Positions 1-8,926 of a stretch of DNA of 64,000 bases are shown here, piece by piece. The position numbers were made by a program, and so were the translations under genes. Origin of the DNA: Patescibacteria group bacterium (GTDB lineage: Bacteria; Patescibacteriota; Microgenomatia; UBA10105; UBA927); NCBI GenBank assembly GCA_023379025.1, contig JAMCTH010000003.1, forward strand, positions 17,114 to 81,113, read 5' to 3'. The notes below the pieces were generated by a model that saw nothing but the letters and a program-made list of their open reading frames with translations, did not search any database and was not told the DNA's origin. Positions within the stretch are counted from its first letter, which is position 1, and every line of letters begins with the position of its first letter.

Positions 1-17
1 GGAAGGATACCGGCCGT

Positions 18-1115
18 TCATAAGGAATGTGCGGTCCGGGCAAGGAGCGCCGTGCTTTCCCGTGTCACCCGGTCCCAGGACAGGGTTTTTGTCTCCTGAA
101 GGCAGTTTTTTTGATATCTCCGGTATCGGACGGGGTCATCCATGAGCCCGTCTATCTGGCGTGCCATTTCTTCCGGGGTGTTTTTGGCAAGAACCACACC
201 GGTTGCGCCGTTTTGAACGGAATCCCGGAGTCCGTTGACGTTATAAACGATTGCGGGTGTCCCCATTGCGGCCGCTTCCGTTACGACCAATCCCCACCCT
301 TCCTTCACAGATGCGTGAAGCAGGAGGTGTGCGCGTGACATAAGATGCAGTTTTTGCCTTTCGCTTACCTTACCCCAAAACCGTACCCTCGTGCCGCAGC
401 CGAGGCGGCGTACGAGACGTTTGAGGTTTCCGACATATGCTTCCTCGCCTTCTCCGACGATCCAGAGTGTCGCCCGGGTACGGATGCCTGCAAACGCGCG
501 GATGACGGATTCTACGCCTTTCATTTTGACCAGGCGGCTGACGAAGATGAAGGCAGGCCGCTTTTCCTTCCCCGGAACGGCGGGAAGCGCCCGCGTCATG
601 GGCGGACACGGGATGGCGACGCACTGTTTCCGGTCAATGCCGTATCTGACCAGTTCATCGACCGTTGAATGCGCATCGGTCCAGAACGGCACGCCGCGAT
701 AAAGATAAAAGTACAATCGTTCCAACAGCTTGCCCGCCTTATTCAGCGGGAAAAAACTCATGTAATCCCAGATTTCCCCGGCCACTTCATGGATAAAGGC
801 AATTTTTGGGCCGCGTACGTAAAGCGGCGTAAAAAAGGGCAGTCCGTGGATTTCATCAATGACGATGTCAAACTTTTTTCCGGAAAAAAGATAAAACGGA
901 AGCGCCCTCAAGTGTACCGTATATATAGAACCCCTGCGGACAATCTCCACCCCTTTCACCGTTTCCTGAGGTTTGGCTCCGGGAAAACGGGAAGTAAACC
1001 AGGTGACGCCGTGTCCCCGGGATACCCAGCCTTCGGCGTGTCTCATGGTCACGATTTCCGCCCCGCCCGAAAGGGGGTTGCCGGGATCCCGCCAGTTGAG
1101 GATGAGAATGTTCAT
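18..1115 (-). CDS. GT4-family (GT-B fold) glycosyltransferase
   Basis: 365-aa ORF. The C-terminal segment EGWGLVVTEAAAMGTPAIV...GLRD is the GT4 nucleotide-sugar-binding motif. The N-terminal domain is typical of retaining GT-B enzymes. Confidence 0.8.
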   Translation of the reverse strand: MNILILNWRDPGNPLSGGAEIVTMRHAEGWVSRGHGVTWFTSRFPGAKPQETVKGVEIVRRGSIYTVHLRALPFYLFSGKKFDIVIDEIHGLPFFTPLYVRGPKIAFIHEVAGEIWDYMSFFPLNKAGKLLERLYFYLYRGVPFWTDAHSTVDELVRYGIDRKQCVAIPCPPMTRALPAVPGKEKRPAFIFVSRLVKMKGVESVIRAFAGIRTRATLWIVGEGEEAYVGNLKRLVRRLGCGTRVRFWGKVSERQKLHLMSRAHLLLHASVKEGWGLVVTEAAAMGTPAIVYNVNGLRDSVQNGATGVVLAKNTPEEMARQIDGLMDDPVRYRRYQKNCLQETKTLSWDRVTRESTALLARTAHSL

Positions 1116-1118
1116 GGA

Positions 1119-1922
1119 TCAGCCGACATTGACGCGGAAGCTGAGCTCCGGGTCAAAACGCCATTTCCGTTTGTTGTCGTTATCGTAGTAATGCCGGATT
1201 TTGAGGCGGTAAAAAATCGCGAGCGTTTCCCACAGCATATCAAGCACAATTCTCCAGAAATTCTGCGAAGTGATGCTGGAACTCCCGGAAAAATCAAGTT
1301 CGACCGGTGCTTCATAGATTCTCGTATACCCCAACCGGTGGGCAACCGCCAGAATCTCTATATCAAATGCAAACTGTTTGACCAACAGCCGGGGAAGAAC
1401 GTCTTCAAGGACCTGCCGGCGGTACAGCTTGAGCCCGACCTGGGTATCGCGCACCTTAAGGCCGAAGAGCGCTAGCACCAGCATCTGATATCCCCATGAC
1501 AGGATTTTGCGGTAAAGCGGATAGGAAACCTTGGACACCGGATGGCGTTTGCTGCCGACGATGATATCCGCGTTATACCAGCGGAAATGCTCAAGCATCA
1601 TGGAAATGCCTTCGGCCCGAAGGTCTCCCCCGCCGTCTATAAAACCGACGGTATCTCCGCGGCTTTTGGCCATGCCGAACCGGACCGCGTAGCCCTTGCC
1701 GTGATTGGTTTTATACCCGGTCACCGTAAGCTTCGGGGAAGAAACCTTTTGCGCCTCAGGGAGACTCCCGTCTTCCTCCCCGTCCACGACCACGATAATC
1801 TCATACGGGATCGCGAGGAGTTCCATCTCCCCGATAATTGCCTGCAGGTTTTTCCTGACGGTTTTTTCCTGGTGATAGACCGGAATGATGAGCGACAGCA
1901 GTTTAGGCTTTGATCTTGGCAT
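1119..1922 (-). CDS. GT2 polyprenyl-phosphate sugar synthase-like glycosyltransferase (DPM1/GtrB-like)
   Basis: 267 aa. LSLIIPVYHQEK opens a GT-A fold, with EIIVVVDGEEDGS and the downstream DGGGD acidic motifs. It overlaps the upstream flippase gene by 20 nt. Confidence 0.7.
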   Translation of the reverse strand: MPRSKPKLLSLIIPVYHQEKTVRKNLQAIIGEMELLAIPYEIIVVVDGEEDGSLPEAQKVSSPKLTVTGYKTNHGKGYAVRFGMAKSRGDTVGFIDGGGDLRAEGISMMLEHFRWYNADIIVGSKRHPVSKVSYPLYRKILSWGYQMLVLALFGLKVRDTQVGLKLYRRQVLEDVLPRLLVKQFAFDIEILAVAHRLGYTRIYEAPVELDFSGSSSITSQNFWRIVLDMLWETLAIFYRLKIRHYYDNDNKRKWRFDPELSFRVNVG

Positions 1923-3147
1923 AGGTATAGGACATAAGTAAACTCAGGAACAGGGCCGCGCCTACGGCAATATCGACGTACACCACCTCATAGAGCGTTT
2001 GGTGGAAAAGCGATATACATACGGCCTGCGCAACCGCAGAACCGACCGTGAGGATCCAGATAAAGGTATTTCCTGCCGCAAGCTGGATGGAATTGAGGAG
2101 GTTTGCAAGCGTATAAAAAGAGATGAAGATACCAAATAACCCGAGGTACGGCGCCGCCGGGCGGAACGCGGGCCCGAACGGCAGGACGACGATGCCGGGA
2201 ATGAGAAAATACAAGACGGTTATCGCCGATGAGACAAAACCGACGGCCAGAAGCCCGAGCCATACGACCTTTCCGTGCGATGCTTTGAGCTCAGTGCGCT
2301 CGGCGACCAGCGGAAAGATGACAAACTCCACGGCCGAGGAGGCATAAAACACCGCTTTTCCGAGGACGGAGAGCGCCGAGTAGATGCCGGCTTCGCGGCT
2401 TGGGAAATAGTGCTTGACCAAGAGGATGTCCTGGCTGTAGATAAGCGTGATGCCGAAGGTCGTAAGGAGTACCGGCCAGCTATAATGGAACGCTTCATGT
2501 TTCGTCAGCGACAGACGTTCCTGTTTCGCTCTAAAAAGAAATCTGAGGGGGATAAAGGTCGTGAGGTAACTCAAGACACTCGAAACAACGTTGCCCACCA
2601 GCGTCCAGCCGACACCGAAAAAAGCCGCCGGTATGGCGATAAACAGCCGCAGGAAAATACTGATGTTGCCTATGATGCTTGACGCCGTAAAGAACTGAAA
2701 TGCACGGATCGCGGCACTGTTTATGATACTGATGGTGGAAACGGCGAAGATAAGATACAGCCAGATAAAATACACCCTCGAGCGCATATGGAGATAGCCG
2801 GCAACTAACGGAATAAGCGGGAGCGCGATGACGAGTCCTGCGCACTCGAGAAGGAATATGAGCCGGACGGAACGCAGAAGCAGCTGCTTTGCTTCTCCGT
2901 TGGCGTTCCTGGCCTTAAGGACCGAAAAAAATTTCACCATGATGGTCTGGAGCACTCCCGAAGGGACGCTGAGGATATAAAAGAGCGCAAACAGCGCAGC
3001 CAGTTCCGAATACTTGGCAGGACCCAGGATCCTTCCGACCGCCAGGTGATAGAGCCAGGCTCCGAAATTGGCGAAGATCGATCCGATAAAGACGATCGAA
3101 CTGTTTTTGATAAGCGTATGACCGAATAATTTCCTGAGCCGTTCCAT
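1903..3147 (-). CDS. Wzx-like lipid-linked oligosaccharide flippase (MOP superfamily)
   Basis: 414 aa. About 12 predicted TM helices with short loops and no large soluble domain, the size and architecture of polysaccharide biosynthesis flippases. It lies between glycosyltransferase genes. Confidence 0.6.
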   Translation of the reverse strand: MERLRKLFGHTLIKNSSIVFIGSIFANFGAWLYHLAVGRILGPAKYSELAALFALFYILSVPSGVLQTIMVKFFSVLKARNANGEAKQLLLRSVRLIFLLECAGLVIALPLIPLVAGYLHMRSRVYFIWLYLIFAVSTISIINSAAIRAFQFFTASSIIGNISIFLRLFIAIPAAFFGVGWTLVGNVVSSVLSYLTTFIPLRFLFRAKQERLSLTKHEAFHYSWPVLLTTFGITLIYSQDILLVKHYFPSREAGIYSALSVLGKAVFYASSAVEFVIFPLVAERTELKASHGKVVWLGLLAVGFVSSAITVLYFLIPGIVVLPFGPAFRPAAPYLGLFGIFISFYTLANLLNSIQLAAGNTFIWILTVGSAVAQAVCISLFHQTLYEVVYVDIAVGAALFLSLLMSYTYAKIKA

Positions 3148-3156
3148 ACCTGCTCC

Positions 3157-3843
3157 TCAGTTGAAAAACCGGCAGCGGATAAGCGTCCGGAGCGCGATGA
3201 TACCGTCGCGCCACGTAAGTTTTTTCCCTTCTTCAAACTTCCTGCCGAAATAGGAAATCGGCACTTCGTATATCTGATGTCCGCTCCGGAGGATTTTTGC
3301 AGTGAGCTCCGGCTCGCAGTCGAACCGTTTCGCCCGGAGCGTGATGCCCTGCAGAACCTCGCGGCGCATGACTTTGTAGCCCGATTCCATATCGGTAATC
3401 GTCGTATTATAGAGAATATTGGTCATAAGCGTCACGAATTTATTGCCGACGGCATAAAGGTACATGGTGGAAAGGTGGGGCCCCAAAAACCGCGACCCAT
3501 AGACGACCGTCACCCTGGGATCTGCAAACGGGGCCAAAAGCGCTTGGTAATCGGATGGATCATATTCGAGATCCGCGTCCTGGATAAGGATGAGATCGCC
3601 TGTTGCGCTCCTGAATCCTTCGGCAAGCGCACTCCCCTTCCCTTCGTTTTTTTCTTTGTGGATCACCCTAATCCCGTGGCCCCATCCGTCTATCTTTTTC
3701 CCGGTCCCGTCGGTTGAACCGTCATCGACGACGATAATCTCCTTGGAATATCCCGGTGTCTTTGCGTTTTTTACCCTGGCTAAAACATCCAAAACCGTAC
3801 GTTCCTCATTGTATACCGGTATGATAATCGACAGTGTTTTCAT
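3157..3843 (-). CDS. GT2 polyprenyl-phosphate hexose synthase (DPM1/GtrB-like)
   Basis: Carries LSIIIPVYNEE, EIIVVDDGSTDGT, NEGKGSALAEGF and DADLEYDP motifs. The start is trimmed from the ORF-track Met1 (3945) to the internal ATG at 3841-3843. That ATG overlaps the TGA of the downstream GT4 gene as ATGA. Confidence 0.8.
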   Translation of the reverse strand: MKTLSIIIPVYNEERTVLDVLARVKNAKTPGYSKEIIVVDDGSTDGTGKKIDGWGHGIRVIHKEKNEGKGSALAEGFRSATGDLILIQDADLEYDPSDYQALLAPFADPRVTVVYGSRFLGPHLSTMYLYAVGNKFVTLMTNILYNTTITDMESGYKVMRREVLQGITLRAKRFDCEPELTAKILRSGHQIYEVPISYFGRKFEEGKKLTWRDGIIALRTLIRCRFFN

Positions 3844-4892
3844 GTGCGTGTATCTTCGAGAGCCTTCCGGTAACTTTCCGAAGTCTCCCGGGCCATGCGC
3901 TTCAGGGAATACCCGGCAAGCCATGCGCTGGCTTTTTTCTGCCATTCCTTCCGGTCTGTCCGAAGCGTCCGGAGTACTGCCCCGGCAAATTCCTCCGGAT
4001 CCGCCGGATCGGCGGTCAGTGACGGTCCTGCAATCTCAGCAAGGGATGACCTGCCGGAAACGACTGCCGGACAGCCGCACGCCATGGCTTCGAGTACCGG
4101 CAGTCCGAAGCCCTCTGCAAAGGAAGGCTGCATATAGCAGGCCGCCATGCTGTACACGGCCGGCAGGTCCGTATCAGGGATAAAACCGGTCCGCACAATA
4201 AACGGGGCAAGACGCAGGGTCTCTGCCTTCGAAAGGACGGCACGCGTCTCCGGAAGATTCTCGTCCGTGACGGCCTTACCGGCCAGCACCAGACGGAGCT
4301 CGGGAATTTTCGCATGCAGAATGGAAAATATGTCGATAAGTCCCGGGAGGTTTTTGTTCCAGTTTACGTCCCCGACATAAAGAAGATATTGACGGGGAAG
4401 ACTGTAGCTTGTCCTGATCCGCTTTACTGTCCTTTCATTTGCCACGGGTTTCATGTCCGGCCCCGGCGCGAGGGGAACGACGTCCACCCGTCCGGGAGAG
4501 ATCCCCGTAAAACGGACGATGTCTTTTTTGGATGCGAGAGAATCAGTGACTACCCGCCGGGCAAATACCAACGATAACTGCTGGATTTTCCACATAAGAC
4601 TTCCCCGCTTCCCTTTCGGAAAGTGGTCCGGAAAGGCAATGGGAATAAGGTCGTGGACCGTAACGACGGTCGGGGTTCGCTTCAGAAGCGGCAGTGTATG
4701 AAAAAAAGTGTCGAAGTATGGATAATGCGCTATATCAGCATTTCCGGGTAATTTTTCTCCCCGGGTAAATAAGGTGTACGAATTTGACCGTTCGTATTTT
4801 TCCAGTGCTCCAATAAGCATTTTTGTATAGACGCCGGTGCCGCGCAACCGGTGAGCGCCCGTCATCGGGCTAGTTTCTATCGCGATATGCAT
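3840..4892 (-). CDS. GT4-family glycosyltransferase
   Basis: 350 aa. The segment AEGFGLPVLEAMACGCPAVVS is the GT4 E-X7-E region. A Met10 start at 4865 is an alternative that would avoid the 23-nt overlap with the upstream gene. Confidence 0.8.
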   Translation of the reverse strand: MHIAIETSPMTGAHRLRGTGVYTKMLIGALEKYERSNSYTLFTRGEKLPGNADIAHYPYFDTFFHTLPLLKRTPTVVTVHDLIPIAFPDHFPKGKRGSLMWKIQQLSLVFARRVVTDSLASKKDIVRFTGISPGRVDVVPLAPGPDMKPVANERTVKRIRTSYSLPRQYLLYVGDVNWNKNLPGLIDIFSILHAKIPELRLVLAGKAVTDENLPETRAVLSKAETLRLAPFIVRTGFIPDTDLPAVYSMAACYMQPSFAEGFGLPVLEAMACGCPAVVSGRSSLAEIAGPSLTADPADPEEFAGAVLRTLRTDRKEWQKKASAWLAGYSLKRMARETSESYRKALEDTRT

Positions 4893-6453
4893 ATTTTTTG
4901 AGTATAAATGATCCCAATACCCAGAACAAGCTCAAAAGGCTTGTAATGTCGGCAATTTCCCTAAGCGTCGTTTCCCGGAAAATGACGGAGACCGTGCTCT
5001 GGCCCTTCGGAACCTGAAACGCTAGCCCGCCCGACCGGTAATCGATCGGTACGCTCCGGCCGTCCACCCGCACCTCCCAGCCGGGATAATAGGCAATGCG
5101 CGATCGTACGGTCTCCTTCACGGGGACGGAAACGCGGAGTGCGTATGCAAGCGGCTTGGAAACTACAGGCGTTACAGTACCGGACTCCACGGTAAAACGT
5201 CCGGCAGGACGGGTTCCCGGCGGAACCAACCATCGCGTGGAGAAGACATCCCCGGGAGTAGTCGTTCCGTATAGAAATTGAGGCTTACTCAGGTAATAGG
5301 CATCGGATCGCGCATCGTACGTTACCGGTCTGGTATACCCGTAGGCAAAAAGAACTGCAGCGAGCCCAAGAGCCGGCGGCATCCATTTCCCGGGGAGTGT
5401 GGATGATATATAGCCGGCGAGAAACGCTGTCGCGACGAGTATGTAGGAAAGGAAACGCCAGGGAAACTGCACATAGGACAACATGGGTACGGAATTCCAG
5501 ACCGGCAGGGAAACAGAAAGCATCAGGAACACCCCGCCAAGGGCCACGGCGGAAAAAAAACCGGAAAGGATACGTGCATCCCGGCGTTTCTCCCGAACCG
5601 TCAGAAGTATCCCCCAGAGCATGACAACAAGCGGTATGATGCCGATTTGCGTACTCATTTCGCCGGAAAGATACCCTGCATTGGCAACCCCCGTGCCCCA
5701 GGACGGGATGACTACTTCGGCGAGCATCGGGAAGTAATCCCGGAAATTGACGGTATTGATGCCGGTCATATACTGCCGCTCAAGAAGCGCCGGAACCCAG
5801 AAATATGACGAGAGTCCGAGACCCGCGGCAAACGGCACTCCAAACGTCCGCTTCCGGATAAGGATATACGCGAGGATAACCGGAACGAAAAGCATCGCCA
5901 TGATATTGTGGGAAAGGATGAGCCCCGCGACGCATACCGTAAAAAACGTCTTCCGGTCCGATTCGACCGCGGAGAATGCCGCCATGAGAAACCCCATGGC
6001 AACCACCTCCCCGACGGATCCGCGGACATAGATGTCCACAAACCAATACGGCACAAATGCAAAGACGATTGTACCCAACAGTGCCGCACCTCCCCGGAAC
6101 AACGAAGAGAGCCAGCGGTAACAGAAGACAGCCGCCGCCCAGTACCCCGCGGCCAATGTAAGCTTAAACGAGTCGGCCAGGGAAAATCCGAACGCATGGA
6201 ACAGGGCGCCGAGATAATCCGGCAGGGGATACTGGAAATTAAAAAGCGGCAGTCCGTATCCGCCCGCCAAATCAGGCGCCCACCGGGGAAACAGATATCC
6301 CGCGCGGAGCATGGCAAACATCTCGTATATCCGGATGAAGTGATACTCGCCGTCATGAGTGGGGATAAACCGCGGGCCCAAAAGCGGAAGGCTGGCAACG
6401 AGGAGAATACCGCCGAGAAGTATCCCCTTCCACCATTTCCCAAGCATGTTCAT
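4870..6453 (-). CDS. Family-A large polytopic membrane protein (HDG-motif, GT-C-like candidate; PTPS-related-like?)
   Basis: 527 aa with many TM helices. Right after TM1 it has THDGEYHF...PRWAPDLAGGYGLPLFNFQYPLP, and a C-terminal beta-rich soluble domain. It is one of five paralogs in this window. Confidence 0.55.
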   Translation of the reverse strand: MNMLGKWWKGILLGGILLVASLPLLGPRFIPTHDGEYHFIRIYEMFAMLRAGYLFPRWAPDLAGGYGLPLFNFQYPLPDYLGALFHAFGFSLADSFKLTLAAGYWAAAVFCYRWLSSLFRGGAALLGTIVFAFVPYWFVDIYVRGSVGEVVAMGFLMAAFSAVESDRKTFFTVCVAGLILSHNIMAMLFVPVILAYILIRKRTFGVPFAAGLGLSSYFWVPALLERQYMTGINTVNFRDYFPMLAEVVIPSWGTGVANAGYLSGEMSTQIGIIPLVVMLWGILLTVREKRRDARILSGFFSAVALGGVFLMLSVSLPVWNSVPMLSYVQFPWRFLSYILVATAFLAGYISSTLPGKWMPPALGLAAVLFAYGYTRPVTYDARSDAYYLSKPQFLYGTTTPGDVFSTRWLVPPGTRPAGRFTVESGTVTPVVSKPLAYALRVSVPVKETVRSRIAYYPGWEVRVDGRSVPIDYRSGGLAFQVPKGQSTVSVIFRETTLREIADITSLLSLFWVLGSFILKKYAYRDRN

Positions 6454-7592
6454 GCCAATGCCTTTCTCCGGGTTTCAGGTCTGAATCTGAGATGCACGGC
6501 ATACCAAACCAAATAGAACAGCACCGGTACGGCCGTAAGCAATTCCCTCATAATGGGACCCGGGCCTCCGTAGGAAAAAGTCAGCATGTACGGAATATAG
6601 CGAAGAAGCAGGGAAAACGTCAGGACTATGGAGAACGGATGGATGAAACTTCCTTTCCGTATCGGGATGACGGCCGCAAACACCAGAAACCATACCGCAT
6701 ACCAGGGATACATCTCTTCCCGGATCGGAGACAGAAGGAATATGACAAACATAAGGATATATGCCCACCGGAAAAGCACTTCCCTCGTGGGATTACGGAG
6801 AAACCACAGGGGAAGAAGTACCACGGTCGCACCTTTAACAAAAACGGAAAGTACAAACGAACCTATCCCCGCGTACCGGGTGCTTCTCTTTCCCGAAGCG
6901 ATGGTCGACACCGCAAAAAGAGAAAAAACCATCATGACGATATCATTGTGTCCGGAAAGAAGCACCTCTATGAGAACCAGCGGGTTCATGCCGAAAAAAA
7001 GCACTGCTTTCGGATCTTTGGTGATCCGGTATATCAACCGTAACGCGCCAAGGTACCAGATAAAGGAAAGGCTTTTGAACAGAATCAGTTCTGCCCACAC
7101 CGTCCCCCGGCCCAGGAACCAGGGGATCGCCGTGAGGAAAACCCATGTCGGGCCATAGAGCGTCACCTTATTCGCGGCTCTCGTAAATGCCAGCATGGGC
7201 TCATTCGGGATCGCAACCGGCATGACAATCCAGGGATTTTCATGGTAAAAAAAAGCGACCTTTGCGGAGAGAACGTAATTGAAAATGTCATAGGAAAATG
7301 CCGGGTATGCGATGACGTATATGATTCCGACAAGAAACAACAAACGAAACCGCGGATGTTTTCCAACGGAGGTGTCTGTCTTCCGAAACGAAAAATAATA
7401 AACGAGAAACAGCACACAAATACATACGGCATAGACAGCTGTCGCAGCCGGACGGTGACGGAAAACCAGCTCCATGAGCGGCCCGTGGAGTGCGGCATAG
7501 AGAGGGTTACCGGACAAATGAAGATTGGGATCCACGAACCCGTAGGTAAAGACTGCCAGTATGACTGATATAACCACAAAAAGCACGTTCAT
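6450..7592 (-). CDS. Family-B polytopic membrane protein (about 380 aa; possible small GT-C or Wzy/ligase-like)
   Basis: 380 aa and entirely hydrophobic. It has an AFSYDIFNY loop motif and a GHNDIVMM segment. A paralog lies at 45100..46257. It overlaps both neighbours by ATGA. Confidence 0.45.
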   Translation of the reverse strand: MNVLFVVISVILAVFTYGFVDPNLHLSGNPLYAALHGPLMELVFRHRPAATAVYAVCICVLFLVYYFSFRKTDTSVGKHPRFRLLFLVGIIYVIAYPAFSYDIFNYVLSAKVAFFYHENPWIVMPVAIPNEPMLAFTRAANKVTLYGPTWVFLTAIPWFLGRGTVWAELILFKSLSFIWYLGALRLIYRITKDPKAVLFFGMNPLVLIEVLLSGHNDIVMMVFSLFAVSTIASGKRSTRYAGIGSFVLSVFVKGATVVLLPLWFLRNPTREVLFRWAYILMFVIFLLSPIREEMYPWYAVWFLVFAAVIPIRKGSFIHPFSIVLTFSLLLRYIPYMLTFSYGGPGPIMRELLTAVPVLFYLVWYAVHLRFRPETRRKALA

Positions 7593-8137
7593 GACTTTTT
7601 GACTTGCGAGCGTATCCGCATTCTCAGAACTATCGACTGTTCCAAAAGCTTACCAAGCGGGAGTACCGAAACCTTTCCGTTTTCAGGAGCCCATTCGAAT
7701 TCAGGAGGCACACCGGTTAAAAGATTCCGGAGCACTTCCTCATGGACGGACGCTTCTTCTGCTATGCTCGTTCTGAACACGCCCATATCCTTGCCCCCGG
7801 ACCGCCCCCTGGAAACCAGCCCGGGGAGGTAAGAAATCTCCGAATCTGAGCGCTTGAGCGCATCCGTTGCCAGAAGATATTGCTTATACTCAAACAGTGT
7901 TTTTGCTTCTACCAGATATTTGTCCGAGAGATTCATACGGTATTCTATGGACGCGATGGTTCCCCAGTACCAGTATCGTTTGAGACCGTCGAGTATTCTG
8001 CTGACGCGGTACAGCCTGTTCCCGGGCATGTATGACGGATACGGAAGAACATAGTCCGATGCATATACCCTGGATACGAAAAAACAGGAGAACAGAAATA
8101 CAAACGTAGAGATAACGATAAGAGCCAGGCTTCTCAC
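7589..8137 (-). CDS. Small signal-anchored or secreted protein of unknown function
   Basis: 182 aa. It has an N-terminal hydrophobic helix followed by a hydrophilic domain. I recognised no motif. It is embedded in the operon by 4-nt overlaps. Confidence 0.5.
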   Translation of the reverse strand: MRSLALIVISTFVFLFSCFFVSRVYASDYVLPYPSYMPGNRLYRVSRILDGLKRYWYWGTIASIEYRMNLSDKYLVEAKTLFEYKQYLLATDALKRSDSEISYLPGLVSRGRSGGKDMGVFRTSIAEEASVHEEVLRNLLTGVPPEFEWAPENGKVSVLPLGKLLEQSIVLRMRIRSQVKKS

Positions 8138-8149
8138 AATAAATTCCCT

Positions 8150-8926
8150 TTATCTTCGGAACTTTTTAACATACAAGCGGTATGCAAGCGGGAAATGCAT
8201 GGCGGAAAAAAGCGCAAACAAAAATCCGTACCAACCGTCGACAAACCCTTTATGCCGGAAAAAAAGAAGAAAAAAGGTTGCCGACGGCTTTACGAGATAA
8301 TACGAAAGGGCCGTAGTGACCGAAGGGACGAGATGACGGGCGTGCAGTTCGGAAGCCTCAAGAGCTACGTACGTGCGGGCCTTTTTCCGGTATTCCCCGA
8401 TCGAATCGTACGTATAATGATGTAACGCGTGAGTGAGATGCCCGACATCCCCGTCGACCGCGATCTGCTCGTGCACGCTTTTGGCCGGAAAATGTGCTTT
8501 GCCGTTGCGGACGAGCCGTATGACGTAATCCGGATACTGGCCGCCTTTTCTGAGCCAGTGGCCCAGGAAATAATTTTTCCTCGGGAGAAAAAAACCGTTT
8601 TGCTCCGGATGAGCTTTAATCGTCGCCTCAATTTCGTTCATTAATTCTCCTGACACTTCCTCATCGGCATCAAGCTGAAGGATCCATCTCCCCCGGCAGC
8701 GATCGAGCGCTTTTTGTTTGTTTATATGGAAGATCGGAGGATTACCGGTATGGACGACGGTTGCGCCGAACGACGCCGCGATATCGCAGGTTTTATCTCC
8801 CGATCCACCGTCAACGACGATGATTTCCCCGGCCGTATCCTGCACTGAGGCAAGACACCGGGCGAGATTTCGTTCTTCGTTATACGTCGCAAGGGCGACG
8901 GAAAGCATTATGTCTTTTTTCGCCAT
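8150..8926 (-). CDS. GT2-family glycosyltransferase (LPS-core/WaaE-like type)
   Basis: 258 aa with LSVALATYNEE and DGGSGDKT GT-A motifs. A Met7 start at 8908 is possible. Confidence 0.7.
   Translation of the reverse strand: MAKKDIMLSVALATYNEERNLARCLASVQDTAGEIIVVDGGSGDKTCDIAASFGATVVHTGNPPIFHINKQKALDRCRGRWILQLDADEEVSGELMNEIEATIKAHPEQNGFFLPRKNYFLGHWLRKGGQYPDYVIRLVRNGKAHFPAKSVHEQIAVDGDVGHLTHALHHYTYDSIGEYRKKARTYVALEASELHARHLVPSVTTALSYYLVKPSATFFLLFFRHKGFVDGWYGFLFALFSAMHFPLAYRLYVKKFRR

Noticed and set aside
669-1475. 268-aa plus-strand ORF overlapping the two first glycosyltransferase genes
   Set aside because: It is antisense to two well-supported GT genes. It is basic and low-complexity, as expected for reverse-frame translation of high-GC coding DNA.
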